Source of the DNA: the human T2T-CHM13v2.0 reference genome, Homo sapiens
NCBI RefSeq assembly: GCF_009914755.1
Contig: NC_060932.1
Length of the DNA: 64,000 bases
Reading direction: 5' to 3' (one strand)
A model generated the notes under the pieces. That model saw nothing but the letters and a program-made list of their open reading frames with translations, made no database searches and was not told the DNA's origin. Below are positions 27,798-51,718 of this stretch, piece by piece (within the stretch, counting starts at the first letter, position 1; every line of letters starts with the position of its first letter). Made by a program: the position numbers and the translations under genes.

Positions 27798-28649
27798 TTA
27801 ACAGAAAAATAAGTACAAATTTTAAAATATTAAATTTAAAACCAAACGACATGTAAACTATATGGGCTAAAAAGCATAGCTAACATTTGCTAAATGCTTA
27901 TATGTTAGCATTTATTACTGCATCTCCAATTTGAAGATGGGGAAACAACCTCATCAAAGAAACTACCTTAGGGAAGTTAAATAAATTCCCTAAGGTAGCC
28001 CACTAGTAGGGAGTAGGGCTGAGACCACAACAGTGTTCGAGTCAGACACCACCTTTATGGGGAAGGACCTTCTAGGCTACTACCACTCCAAGTGGTCTTC
28101 TCCATTTCTACATCTGCTGTATGCAGGGTATGTTTGCTTTGTATTTTTAGTTTAGTTTTTCCTTCAGTTTTTAAATTGGGTATAAGGATGCAAGAGCAAG
28201 GATGGACTTGAAAATTTCTTTATACTGCTGTAGCAGCTAACATAGCATGTGGGTAGTTGGCATTCAGTATATTCTTAGATATTAGCTAATTCTCACTGAG
28301 GAAGCAATAGCTTAAGCCAAAGGTACCTAAAATTTGTTATGGGTTGATGCTGAGAATTTTGAAGTACTACCTGAGCTGCTAAGTCTTACCAGTCTTACTG
28401 ATGTTAAATTCTTCACTGAGGAAATTCATTTGGACTTCATGGTTTTCATGATTTTAACTTAAGCATCGTCGTACCAGGTTGTTCACAGCTGAGCACATGT
28501 ACCTTTTTATGCCATCCTTTCTGGGAAAGAAAATTAAATATGCCTATCCAAACTTTCTAAAACAAATTATCAGGTCTGCTGTTTTCATTTTATCTTCCGT
28601 TTATTCTTTAAGGCACATTCTTACCAAGGTCCCATGGATTTATTGTATC

Positions 28650-29340
28650 TGTACAATTTCTCTTTTGTCAAATGCAGAACACTTTTCAGTCTCTTGTCAC
28701 CTGAAGACAGCATGAATGTTGTTGCTATTTCCAAGGTTCCAATTTGGACCTTCTCTTCTTCCTTTCACATAATTTTCCATAGATAGTCTTCTCCAGCCCT
28801 CGTGCCTTCACATCCTGATTCTCATGATTTCTGAAGTTGTGTTTCCATCCCACATCACTCTTAGAACTCCAGACCTGCAGAGCCACTGCCTGTTGACCAG
28901 TTTTTCCCCAGGTATCCCATAGGCACACAACATTCACACATCAAAACTAGCTTGAATATTAGCAACTCCTGCCTGAATGTATTTCCTGCTGTTGAATTTG
29001 GTCCTCAAGTGTTATTGCATCCTTTTCCTCATTTTCTTTTCAGTCCACCTCTCTATTCCCACTACCTCTCAGATCCTCTCAATGTCTTGCTTAGACTATG
29101 GAAAAGCCTTCTAGCTAGCTGCCCTCCCCCACACCAGCGTAGTTTCCTCCCTCTCTGTATCACCATTCAAATGTTGTTCGAATGGTCAATTCCACATTAC
29201 CATCTGAGGTTGTTGGCTCCTGCGTCAAGCTGTCAGTGGCTCTCTCCTGCCTCAGAATCTTGGTCCTCCTCTTTCTTCTCCCTGGAATGTCCTTCCCTCC
29301 TCTCTCTGCCTAATTAATCCACACTTAGCATTGAACTTCA
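28650..29340. mobile_element. L2 fragment
   Basis: gaactccagacctgcagagccactgcctgttgac...tcccataggcac. Confidence 0.55.
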
Positions 29341-29366
29341 GGTGCCAGATTCTGGGAAGCAAACCT

Positions 29367-29672
29367 CTTTTCTTTTCTTTTTTTTTCTTTTCTTTTCTCT
29401 TTTCTCTTTTCTTTTCCCTTTCCTTTTTCCTTTCCTTTCCTTTCCTTTCCTTTCCTTTCCTTTCCTTTCCTTTCCTTCCTTTCATTCTTTCGTTCTCTTT
29501 CTTTCTGTCTTTCTTTTCTTTTCCTTCCCTTCCCCTTCTCCCTTCTTTTCCATCCTTTCTTTGTTTCTCTCTCTCTCTCCCTTTCCCTTCCTTCCTTCCT
29601 TCCGTCCTTCCGTCCTTTGTCCTTTGTCCTGTCCTTCGTCCTCCCCTCCCCTCCCATCCCCTGCTTCCTTTC
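29367..29672. repeat. About 300-bp complex polypyrimidine tract (TTTCC, CTTT, CT, CCTT units)
   Basis: Directly visible; occupies the tail position of the adjacent antisense Alu. Confidence 0.95.
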
Positions 29673-29936
29673 TTCTCACTCTGTCACCCAGGCTGGAGTG
29701 CAGTGGTGTGATCTTAGCTCACTGCAACCTCCACCTCCCAGGGTCTAAAGCCATTCTCCTGCCTCAGCTTGCCCAATAGCTGGGACTACAGGTGTGTGCC
29801 ACCACACCGGGCTAATTTTTGTATTTTTAGTAGAGACAGAGCTTCGCCATGTTGGCCAGGCTGCTTTCAAACTCCTGGCCTCAAGTGATCTGCCTGCCTT
29901 AGCCTTCCAAAGTGCTGGGATTACACCCACCCAGCC
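29673..29936 (-). mobile_element. Alu (AluJ/S-like)
   Basis: tctcactctgtcacccaggctgg...gctgggattaca. Confidence 0.92.
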
Positions 29937-30184
29937 AGAAACAGACCTTTTCTGACACTTAACTCTTCTCTTTCCCTGTGCCCCTCTTGGCTTTGTTGCC
30001 CTTCTTATGTGTTCTCCTTGGAGCCCCAGCAGTACCTCCATGGCAGCATTCCTACCAGTGTTTCATAACTATCTGGGTCTGGCCTCCCCCATCCTCACAA
30101 GCAGCATGAATCCTCTTCATGGTTGCACGTGAGTCCCCAGCCCAAGCCGCCTGTGGTTGGTTATTTGTTGACTTATTTCTAGGA

Positions 30185-30392
30185 TAGTGGTTCTCAACTG
30201 GGGGTGATTTTGCCCCCAGGGGACATTTGGCAACTTCCGGAGACCTTTTTGATTGTCCTGACTGGTGGGGCAGTGCTCCTGTCATCTAGCGGGGAGAGGC
30301 GAGGGTGCTGCCAAGCACCCCATTGCACACACGTCGGCCCACCTCATGGTCCAGTCCCAAATGTCAAGAGTGCCAAGGTTGAGAGACAGTGC
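30185..30392 (+). mobile_element. MER20 DNA transposon
   Basis: tagtggttctcaactgggggtgattttgcccccaggggacatttggcaa...gccaaggttgagagacagtg. Confidence 0.9.
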
Positions 30393-30719
30393 TGTAGGAC
30401 AAAGGGCAAAATTTTATGGTACTTAAGACATCTCATAACAGAAAAGATGAAGTTAATTAAATATGGAGTTCTTAAGTAATACGTAAAGGGTTTTAGTGTC
30501 AGCTTCATTTTCATTCTGAACTGCTCTGGATCTCTTGGTGGCCCAATTTGATTGTTTATTCACAATCTCTCTTGTGAGGCAGATCTGTGCCCCAATGGTT
30601 ACTAATGGGTTAACAAGTACCTGGAGTGAGTTAGGCACAAAACTAAAATGGTGAGGACAGTAGAACTAAGCTCTGCATTTATTTTAGAAATTTAGACATT
30701 TACTTTTTCTTATTTTCAG

Positions 30720-30763
30720 TGTGCCTGATAGAAGGTGACTACCCAAGCAGTTTTTTTGACGAG
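30720..30763 (+). other. Candidate 44-nt cryptic exon (stop codon in the host frame)
   Basis: tttttcttattttcag acceptor, donor GAG|gtatgg; the phase-0 frame reads TGT GCC TGA. Confidence 0.25.
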
Positions 30764-30798
30764 GTATGGAGATGGATGGTTCCTTTTTTTGACTCTTA

Positions 30799-31161
<363 letters not shown>

Positions 31162-32117
31162 CTAATGATGTAAATTCTAGTGCCACCTCCAATATTTAGG
31201 TAGTGAATTAGATGGGACTTTTAGTGCACTGGAAGTTAGAATATTGAAGGATGAATTGTTGCTGACACAGAATAACATGGGATTGACCTATACAATCAAG
31301 TAACAGGAAAATAAAATCCTATTGTGCTTTAAATTTGGCATGTGTCTTGGCAAAGACAGAAAACATCAGAAAAGGTTTTGATTTTTCCCTCCAGAATTAG
31401 CCATATAATTTTTTTTCTTTTTTATTGGCCATACGATATGAATTCTTGTTTTATAATTATACAGTTTTCAAAAAATTATTATTTTGAAAGTTTAGAAATC
31501 TGAGTTGGAGAAAGAAACATTTTAGGAAATCTTAGGAAAAGGAGACAATGACTCATATTCTTAAATAGTTCCTGTTGGTATTTGCAATTTCAAACTAGTC
31601 TCTGGAAAATAATTATATAATTGTATGGAGAGAGTCAAGTCTTTATCTTTACCCTTGGGGACTTCTTTTGGCAAATTAAATGATTTATACCTGAAGAGAC
31701 AATTTAGCTTCATGTTAAATTTCAAAATCCAAGAAATACTTTCTTTCCAGTAGCTGTCAGATTGTAGTGACGATCATCAGCCTTTCAGATGAGTGTTATT
31801 AGTTCAGTTTTGGAGATTGCCTCTATGTGTGGTACTGTCTTGTAGTTTCCTGAAAGAAGATTGAAGTATTTGTACTTATTTTTGTGGGTTCTGTGAGATA
31901 AAGTCTGGCTTACAGTTGATTTAACCCCTTCTTATCTTTGTCTTGGTTACTTTTGGATTTTGTCAGAACAGAAGTTAAAGCTGCAGATACTGTATTCAAA
32001 AAGGTCCTTCAAGAGCTGTAACTGTAAGGGAATGGAATGATAGATGTATATAAATGTGGACTTGAATAAAGTATCCTTTGTATTTAAAAATATGCCTTTC
32101 TTTTAATTTTTTTTCAG

Positions 32118-32368
32118 CCAAGTTCTATAGAAATTTTAGAGTATTCATCAGATAGTGAAAAAGAAGATGATTTGGAAAATGTCCTACTCATTGATTCAGA
32201 ATCCCCTCACAAATACCACGTGCAGTTTGCATCGGATGCAAGACAGATTATGGAGAGACTGATAGATCCAAGGACAAAATCAACAGAGACCATTTTGCAT
32301 ACACCTCAGAAACCCACAGCTAAGTTTCCCAGGACTCCAGAAAATTCAGCAAAGAAGAAGCTTTTAAG
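32118..32368 (+). CDS. SPIDR: SPIDR coding exon (251 nt, about exon 6, about c.526-776): PSSIEILEYSSDSEKEDDLENVLLIDSESPHKYHVQFASDARQIMERLIDPRTKSTETILHTPQKPTAKFPRTPENSAKKKLL(R)
   Basis: Strong pyrimidine tract plus ttttcag acceptor ending at 32117; open phase-0 frame matching ORF 32172..32435; donor AAG|gttaaa at 32369; peptide recognised as SPIDR; phase-2 end joins the next exon in frame. Confidence 0.93.
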
Positions 32369-32956
32369 GTTAAATTATACCCTTTTAAATACTCTTTTTA
32401 AATTTTTCTCTTTCTTTAAAAACCCAAATATCTAAAATGTTAATTTTAAGATACTTGTATATGAAGTCCTAAATTCTGGAGCTGATTAATGGAATGTTCA
32501 TCGAAGTTGAGGGTCATGGCTTTACTCATGCCCAGCAGATGTGACTGCCTTTCTTAATGGAGATTTATTTGGGTTATCAAATGTTATTGAGAGTCAGTGT
32601 TCTAGGTGCTGTGGAGACAAGTGTGTAATTGTTCTGTTCTTGAGTAACTTATAATGTAAAAAGGGAAATGGAAGTATGTGTAAATCGTGTCAGATTACTT
32701 TTATGAGAGAGATCTGCCAGGGCAACACTTGCAAGTGCAAAAAAGTATGAGAGAGCAGAACCCACAGACGAGACGTATCTGGTGTGCCATGAACTACAGT
32801 GTCAGTCAGGGGCTGGGCTGTGGCCATGGTGAGCAAAGCAGGAAAGATAACGTGAAGGAGCCTGTAGGGACCTTCCCCAACCCCGTGTAATACAAGGTGC
32901 TCTTTGTTGTTTGACCAAACAATGCCAAGCAAAGACTCAATGAAGGTAAGAAAGAG

Positions 32957-36030
<3,074 letters not shown>

Positions 36031-36576
36031 TGAAGCTGCTCAAACAGCATGCAATTGATCATTTTCTTCTTGTGATTTCTAGGAACAACTAAATGAGGAT
36101 GTCTGTTTTGAAGTTACTATGCTTAAATACTAAAAATGAGATTGATGTGCTTAGGGTTGTTAGTCTCAGGTCTTCAAACTGGAAGACTTCCTGTTTTACT
36201 GAGCTGACTAGAAAGGCCTGTGACTGCCTTGTCTGCTTTTGATGAAGGGATGGTGGTTTGTGGTGATTAAAAAGAACTTTTTTACCTGATAAAGACCAGG
36301 TAGCAAGGATTGAGAGAGGTAGTTGACATTTGAAGGATGGAGCACATTGGCCCTTCTCTTTCTGGTTTGCCCTGCAGGAAATGTCACTCAGTCTCTTTGG
36401 ACTTCTTTTTCTTTCTTTCTTTTTTTTTTTTTTTTAAATTTGTGGAACTATTCAAAGCATAAGTAACAAACACCAATGCAAAATTGTTAGATATTTAAGT
36501 GTGTTGGTAATAATAAAGCTATATATATCTCCCCAGTTTGATGGTCAAGTTGTTTTTCACAGTGCTTATTATATCT

Positions 36577-41155
<4,579 letters not shown>

Positions 41156-41989
41156 ACCAAAATTTTAAAATATTGTATTTACAGTCATTTTAATTGTTTA
41201 TTCTTTACCTGGTTGTATAGCTTATTAAAAATATTTTGACTGTAAATCAGTTGGAATATTTTTGAATCTTTATCCTTCTTTACTTCTCCATATTGTTTTT
41301 ATAGAAATGTTTACCAATGTCAAATTGATACCAGTCATCTTTTGAGATAGGTTACCAGTCTGTTAATTTTATAGAAAAGATAATTAGGATATCTTAACTT
41401 GCTGAGTGAATTCATCATATTTTTATTCCATCGGAGTTTGGCCTTTATAAATAACTTATCTGGCTACGTTCAAAAGAGTTAATTTGGATATAGATGGCAG
41501 GGCCTTCCTGAACTTTTGGTATGACTTAATTTTTTTTAACATGAGATATGTTTTTACTAGAAATAGGATTGTTGATTAGAGGACATGGTGTTTCCTAAGC
41601 TCAAGTTCTTAAGTTCAAGTGCATGTGACTGGAATTCCCTGCATAACAGGCCCTAATGGCCAAACTCAGGTGAGATGCAGATTTTTTCTGAGGGCTCCAG
41701 ATACTGCTGTGTGTAGAGAGCGCCTGTGCATGTTTACTGTTGCTTTTACCTTTCATCCTGTAATCTGCACAGTTTTCTTACGAGGTTCTAGGCTTGACTT
41801 TAACCAGATAGTTTTTTCAGAGTTCATTTTGCCTTTTTTTTTTTTTTTCTGTAAGGTCACAGCATTGAAAAGCAACATTTGGCAAATAATGTTCTAGATA
41901 GTTGGGCAAAGAATACAGCATTTGCTTCTTGTATTTATTGTGCATATCATTTTAAATAATACTGTTTAAGAGGTGCTAGGTATATTATC

Positions 41990-42175
41990 AAGACTAAGAG
42001 TTTGAACTCTGGAACCAGACTGCCTAGGCGTGCATCCAGCTACACCACTCATTAGACATTTCACCTTGGACAGATGTTTAACATCTTGGTGCCTCAGTTT
42101 GTCATCTATAAAGTGGAATAATAATAGTACCTACTTCACGGTGTTGTGTAAAGGGGAAGCATAAACGAGTTACTT
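41990..42175 (+). mobile_element. MIR
   Basis: gtgcctcagtttgtcatctataaagtggaataataatagtacctac. Confidence 0.8.
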
Positions 42176-43602
42176 CATGTAAACAGAATGATATGAAGAA
42201 GGGCTTAATAGGAAGTAGAGGTTGACATGTAGAGGTGCTATGGCATATTTCTGAGCATAAGAGGTTTTAACTTTTTTTCTGTTACATGTACTACACGCAA
42301 GTATATTCAGAAATAGTAACCTATAGGAAAACATACTAGGTGTCTCTATAGGTATTAATACTAGCAATATTATGTATTTATTAAAATATTTCCATCATAA
42401 TGGAAAGATCTGTATATAGGCTGCAAGTGAAAAACATAACAAAAACAGTTACACCAATCATGGGCATTTTTTGAAGGTTTACTAAATGCCACGTGCTGCA
42501 CTAAGTCCATTCTGGTTTTAACAGCTAGTTCCTCATCTGGTTAGTTACGTAATGCTGGAGAAGTTTCTTAACCTCTCTCTAAATTCTGGTTTTATCATCT
42601 GTGCAGTGGGTACTGATATCTGTTCTTTCAGTCTCAAAGGGATATTATTTGAATAAAGGTAATGTAGTGAAATGATTAATGAATTGGTAACAAGATAATA
42701 AACTTATGAGATAATACATTGATACCCGATATAGCATGTAGCTATAGTGGTAATTAACAACTGATCTTAATTTTTCTTGAAATTATAGTTATGTTAGTAG
42801 TTGATAACTTCTCTTTCTCTCTACATATGCATGTATTTATTTACTTATAATTTACATACACCTATATATTTATAAGCATAAATATATCTCAGTAAGTATA
42901 TGTGTTCATTGATAGGTTAATGCTCTTCTGCAGTGCCTGCATGTCTGTCGTTATAAATTGTCTTTCTGCTATACATGGAAGTTTTCTTTTTTATAACATT
43001 GGTATCTTTGCTGTGTGTTTGTGATTGATACTCAAATATCTCTGGAGTCCAAATAAGGGACCCATACCCAAGTGCTCTTATTTGAGTGTTCTATCAACAG
43101 TTGGCAAAGTTATTCTTGACTGGAACTCTGAGCCCACTTTACATTTCTTTGCTCCTATGTGCTGAGCTCATTGGGAGCTTTCCCACCTCCATGGCAGCAC
43201 TCATAGCTGTCCTTGTGTCCCTGGTACCTAACGAAGTGCTAGGTGCCAGCATATAGCAGGTGGTAAGTAAGCAGTGCTTGTTTTAGGATTGAATAAATGA
43301 ACTAAGAAAGAATAGAAAAATAGGTAAGCTGATATTTAGCTGTCATATTTCCAAGAATGTGATGTTTTTGGACATAATATTAGCCCATATTTCTAAGAAT
43401 CAGAAAACCAAGCTTCTAAGAAAACAAAAAACTGACTTATGAGGATATGGCCTCTGGGAAGATAATGTGGTAACAAATATACGTTAAAATTTTGCATGTT
43501 TTATCTGTTTGTCTCTGGTTGGGGGGTATACAATATAAATGTTCCAGTGATTCTGAAGTTTTCCTTTTAACTAAACTTAATACATTATAATTCATTAAAC
43601 AG

Positions 43603-43703
43603 AGGTGGACTAGCAGAAAGACTAAATGGACTGCAGAATCGAGAGAGATCTGCTATTTCTTTGTGGAGACATCAATGTATTTCTTACCAAAAGACACTTT
43701 CAG
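43603..43703 (+). CDS. SPIDR: SPIDR coding exon (101 nt, about exon 7, about c.777-877): (R)GGLAERLNGLQNRERSAISLWRHQCISYQKTLS(G)
   Basis: aacag acceptor ending at 43602, donor CAG|gtaagg at 43704; AG+A completes Arg in frame with the previous exon. With this numbering CGA at 43640-42 is R272 and TGG at 43664-66 is W280, which match SPIDR nonsense alleles I recall from ovarian insufficiency. Confidence 0.93.
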
Positions 43704-44000
43704 GTAAGGCTTGTGCAGGAATCTGAGACAATGTGTAAAAAAAATTTTAGTTAAAAGAATTCTTACATTAAAATATATGAAGTTAATTGTTAATATTTTC
43801 ATGACTTTTTAAAAATTTTTTCCAACATTCTAATTTTAACATATAAAAACTATATATAGTAAATATATTTAACTTGATGAGTTTAAAAATAAGCATACTC
43901 TTATGAAAACATCACCACAATCTGTGCTATAAATCTACCCTTGACCTCCAAAAATTTTGTTCTATTCTTATCATTAAGAGCACTCTACCCTCTTAGCAAA

Positions 44001-44165
44001 ATTTATTTTGTTTTATTTCATTATTTAGAGACAGGGTCTCACCGTTGCCCAGGCTGGAGTGTAGTGACATAATCATGTAGCCTCAAACTCTTGGGCTCAA
44101 GCAAATTCTCTCACTTCAGCCTCCCGACTGGCTAAGACCACAGGCTTTTTCCACCGTGCCCAGCT
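44001..44165 (-). mobile_element. Alu monomer/fragment (FRAM/AluJ)
   Basis: gagacagggtctc...ccgtgcccagc; TSD cctcttagcaaa. Confidence 0.88.
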
Positions 44166-44645
44166 CCTCTTAGCAAAATTTTAAGAATACAATACAGTAT
44201 GTTAACTATAGGCATGATTCTGTACTGCAGATCTCTAGGACTGGTTTAGCTTATATAATCAAAACGTTGTACCCTTTGACAAATACCTCTCTATTGGCAG
44301 CCACCATTGCAGTCTCTGCTTCTGTAGCCAGAGCACTATTAGTCAAGAAAAAGAGATAAAAGATATCCAAGTTGGAAAGCAAGAGGTAAAGCTGTCTCCG
44401 TTTGCAGATAACATGATCTTATATCTAGAAAACCCTATAAGACACCCTGCCCCTGCCAAAAAAAAGTTAGAACTAATAAATGAATTCAACATAGTAGCAG
44501 GATTAAAAATCAACATACCAAAATCAATTGCATTTCCATATAGTAACAATGAAATTTCTGTATATTAACAACGAGATATTTTCTTTTCTCTTGGAAATTA
44601 AGAAAGCAGTCTCATTTACAATAACATCAAAAAGAATGAAATTCG

Positions 44646-44940
<295 letters not shown>

Positions 44941-45474
44941 AGAATGAAATACTTAGGAATAAACTTAATCATGGATGTCAAGGACTTGTACTCTGAAAAC
45001 TGACTTTTTTTTTTTCAGGTGTCATATAGGTCTCAGAAATTATTCCAACAAATGAGTTTATTCCTCCAAGGTCTAATGACTGAAAACTCTTGTTTTTCAA
45101 CAAATTGCTTGATATTGAAAAGATTCCACATGTCTAGAAAAGCCTCCTCTCCTCCTAAACAGTGCTGATTTGGTAGTTTTCTCCTGTGTGTTCCCTCCAT
45201 CTAGAGTAGGGGATGGGTAGGTGTGGGCCCAGTCATGTATTCCAAACCAACTATTATTAGTCTTTCCTGAGGGATCATTGGGATATACATTTTAATAGGT
45301 TCCCAGGTGGTTTCTGCACATGCTAGAATTTAAGAAACATTATTCTTAGAGTTGATCTCCCCGTTCCCAATAATATATTCTTCTAAATAGATCACTCAAC
45401 TGTTATGTTCTCAACTATTATATTACACATTTCTTTAGAAGACTTTTCAATTCTTATCTCATTTATTCCTTTTA

Positions 45475-45785
<311 letters not shown>

Positions 45786-45904
45786 CTCCTTTCCCAGCTG
45801 TCGCTTAGCAATTGCCTTCTCTCACATTCTTGCATTAAAGTACTATAATATGAAATACATATATATGTATCAGGATGACCTAATATATATGACCCAAGAA
45901 TACT

Positions 45905-46219
45905 TTTTCTTTTTTTATTTTATTTTACCTTTTTTTTTTTGAGACAGCATCTCGCTCTGTCACCCAGGCTGGAGTGTAGTGGCAAGATCCTGACTCACTG
46001 CAACCTCCGTATCCTGAGTTCAAGCGATTCTCCTCCTCAACCCCCGGAGTAGCTGGGACTATAGGTGCCTGCCATCACGCCTGGCTAATTTTTGTATTTT
46101 TAGTTGAGATGGGGTTTCGCCATGCTGGGCAAGCTGATCTCGAACTCCTGACCTCAGGTGACGCACCCACCTCAGCCTCCCAAAGTGCTGGGATTACAGG
46201 TGTGAGCCATCATGCCCAG
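45905..46219 (-). mobile_element. Alu (AluSx-like)
   Basis: T-rich tail plus dimer. Confidence 0.93.
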
Positions 46220-46399
46220 TCACTTTTTCTTCTATACATATCTGTGGGTCAATCCATTGTTATACTTACGACTTTGTTTCTTGGCGTTTTTTTATATTAA
46301 TGATTATGACATTAAATAATAATCTTTACAACTCATTTGACCACCCTGAAGGCCAGGCAAACATAAAGTTTGCCTGGTCTTATTATTTAGAGAAGTCTT

Positions 46400-48060
<1,661 letters not shown>

Positions 48061-50365
48061 TTAGGGAAGTCTTAATAGCACATTGGCTTAGACACAAAAA
48101 AAGAATTTAATGGGACTTGTAATTGAATGCCACAGGGACCATGCTTCAGGCATATTGGTTGGAAAGGCTGGCGGTCATTCTCTGTGTGGTAACTCTCCTC
48201 TTCAAGTCCGATAAAAAGAATGCTTTCTTTCCAATATTTTACCAGAAGTGCCCAAAATGACTTTCATTGGTCTGGTAGAGACAGGAATCCCTGCTTGAAA
48301 TCATCCTAATCACTCTGGCCAACATGGGCTACAGTCAGTAACACACTACCATCCATATCCTTAACTTGTGATTATTTTATTTCCAGAGTTATTTAATAAA
48401 AATCAGCAGGAACTATTTGTAATTCTACAGTATGTTATCTCATTTTAGTCTTTCAGTGATTCTTCATGTTCTCCTATTTATAAGTATTTGCATGTGTATA
48501 TTTAACCTCTCAAATGTGAATGACCTGGAACTGGAGTGACCACTGTTTCTTATAATCTACTTCCCTCCATCTCTAAATAGTTTCTGTTTAATTTGTGTGT
48601 CACTCATTGCTTTCAATTTAGTTTGTGGTTCTATGCATTATAAACTTCTTTTGTTCTGCTTGAACCAGAAAAATATTTCCTTGCCACTTAAATTCTCAAA
48701 TGGCTCCTCCTTCTTTTGACTCCCTTCTTTTGAAGTAATGATATGAGAGAATGGCAAGCTTGAATTTCTTTCAACTGGATATAAATATTTGCATTATTGG
48801 GTTTCAGGAAGGCCACTTTGAGTTCTTAGTTACAACATTAGCTTTGTGTTGGGTTGTGGTGGATGGTGAACTATCAGATGGAAAAGAGGAGCATGGCACA
48901 CAGGACTCTGGCTACTGGCGGCCTAAAAGGCCAGAACCTGAAGATATCATTTGCATACTGCGTTGACATTCATGCAGCGCTTTTGTTTCCTTTTTCCACA
49001 TGAGGAGATGGAATGCTAATTCTGTGAGGACTCTTAGAGACATTCCAGTCCAAGCTCCTCTTTGGCAGATTGCCTAGAGGAGGGAGGTGACTTGCTCTGA
49101 TTATCTAGCCAAGGAAGAGACAGGGCCAAAGCCAGGCCTCCTGGTTCCCAGTGCCATGCTCTTTCAAACCCTGCCACTCTTCTGCCATATGAAAATAATC
49201 ATTTTAATCCTCTGCCAGTTTCCTCTTGATCTTGCTAGTGGAGAATAACCAAATAGTCCAAATTGGACTTTGCATGTTTAGTTCAGGTAGCTGTCTTGAA
49301 TTTTGCTGATGTTATTATAGCATTGACAAATTGTAAATATCTTCCAAGTAGGAGCAAAACATGGGCGAACTTTGAATTGGATCATAAATTCTTAAATAGT
49401 TTGGGTTCTGTCTGTCCTGTTTCCCCCTTCAACATGATCCTCATTGTTGTATCACATTTGGAGGTTTGATGTTGGTGGGTACAATGCTGAAGGCTTACTA
49501 CGTATTAAATCATTTCATATGCAAACTAATCTTCTAGAAGAGTTTGCTTTCCTTATTTTCCAGATAAAAAAAACTGTAGGTTGAGTATATGCTATAGATG
49601 ACTAAGGCCAGATTTGAACTGTCAAGTCGAAGTTTGTTAATCTCTACAGACCTTCATTAGTTACTCTGTTTGGGCTGGAGAAAGTTAGGCTTAAGAAGAC
49701 AAGGGATTGAGGAGTTAGCAAAATTAGAAGTATTAATACAAATGTTTTTCTTTTGAAAAAAATCTTACAAAATGTAGGTCTGTATCACATTCTTGAGACA
49801 GCACTAATTGGTGAAGCATAGGACATAGGTTTGAAGGTTGCAGAGACTGTGTAAATTGTGGAACTGTATAGGATGTCCTAAAGTCTTATGATTTTGATGG
49901 GAAGTGGCAGATTGTCTTCTTAATTATTGATATTAATACACATAGAATTCACTAGGCGTTGTCATCCCGGTTACTCACTATAGTGAATTGATCAAATTGT
50001 CAAGTATGTAGTTGACAGAGTGTCTTCTGCTTCTCTGGATAGAAAAATACCAAGTTAAACATGTATGACTGGTGGTCCAGAATGAAGGGAGAAAAAGGTG
50101 ATTTTTTTTGTTTGGCTCAAAACAAAAACATAACTTACTTGAAATGTTCCTTACAATATCACTTCTTAAATTTTGTTCTAGATATTAAGTGTAGCATGTC
50201 AAACTAAGATTCTCCTTATTTATCTGCTTCAGAGATGAGAAATTATGGCTTACAAAATTGATCTGTCGATTATAATGATTTAGCTTGAGATCTTTCTTTC
50301 CACGTGTCTTCCATTTGGGGAGTATTTAATTACCCCACAGTTGAGAGGTCTGTTTTTGTCTGTAT

Positions 50366-50943
<578 letters not shown>

Positions 50944-51216
50944 TATTCTGCCCTTTTAAAACACTTTGTATTTAAAAATAATTGTAGATTGACATGCAGT
51001 TAGAAATAATACTGAGAGATCCCTTGTACCATGCCCCCAGTTTCCCCCGGTAATGACGTCTTTTATAACTGTAGAATGACAGGACAGCCAGGATGATGAT
51101 CTCCAATACAGTCCATTGACCCTGCTCAGATTTCACCAATTTTACATGCATTTATTTCTGTGTGTATTTTTTGTTTTATGTAATCTTATCACCTGTTACT
51201 GTGGTCTGAATTTTTG

Positions 51217-51549
51217 TATGCTCCCAAAATTCATGTTGAAACCTAATCACCAGTTTGTTGGTATTAGGAGGTAAGTAAGGCTTTTGGAAAGTGATTAGGT
51301 CATGAGGTGGAGCCCTCATGAAGGGAATTAGAAGAGACCGTAGAGAGCTAGCTCATCCTTCCACTGTGTGAGGAGGATACAGCAAGAAGAATCCAACTGT
51401 GAGAATGTAGGCTCTCACTAGGCACAGAGTCTGCCAGAGCGTTGATCTTGGACTTCCCAGCCTGCAGAACTGTGAGAAACAAATTTCTGTTGCTTCGAAG
51501 CCACACAGCTCTGGTTTTTTTGTTGTAACAGCCAAGATGGACTAAGATA
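51217..51549 (+). mobile_element. MaLR solo LTR (MLT1A-like)
   Basis: tactgtggtctgaat...ttgttgtaacagccaagatggactaagata. Confidence 0.85.
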
Positions 51550-51718
51550 CTTGTTTAGATTCATGTGACTATCACATAGTCCAGACACAGAAGGGTCCAT
51601 CACCCCAAGGATTCTCATGCCACCCTTTATAGCCACAGTCATCTCTTTCCCACTCTCCTCCCTGATGCCTTGCAGCCACTAATCTGTTAAACATTTCCAT
51701 AGTTTGTTATCTAAAAAT

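Noticed and set aside
28286-28425. Repeated aattct(t)cactgaggaa motif about 120 bp apart
   Set aside because: Only two short copies, with no identifiable element or tail between them.
29252-29779. K/E/R-rich and F/S/L-rich ORFs
   Set aside because: Translations of the polypyrimidine tract and the adjacent Alu.
32071-32079. Perfect U12-type donor GTATCCTTT near the 251-nt exon, plus a TTCCTTTTAAC branch-like motif before the 101-nt exon
   Set aside because: The actual donor is U2-type, the motif is not at an exon end, the branch motif is imperfect, and a 9-mer like this is plausible by chance in 64 kb.
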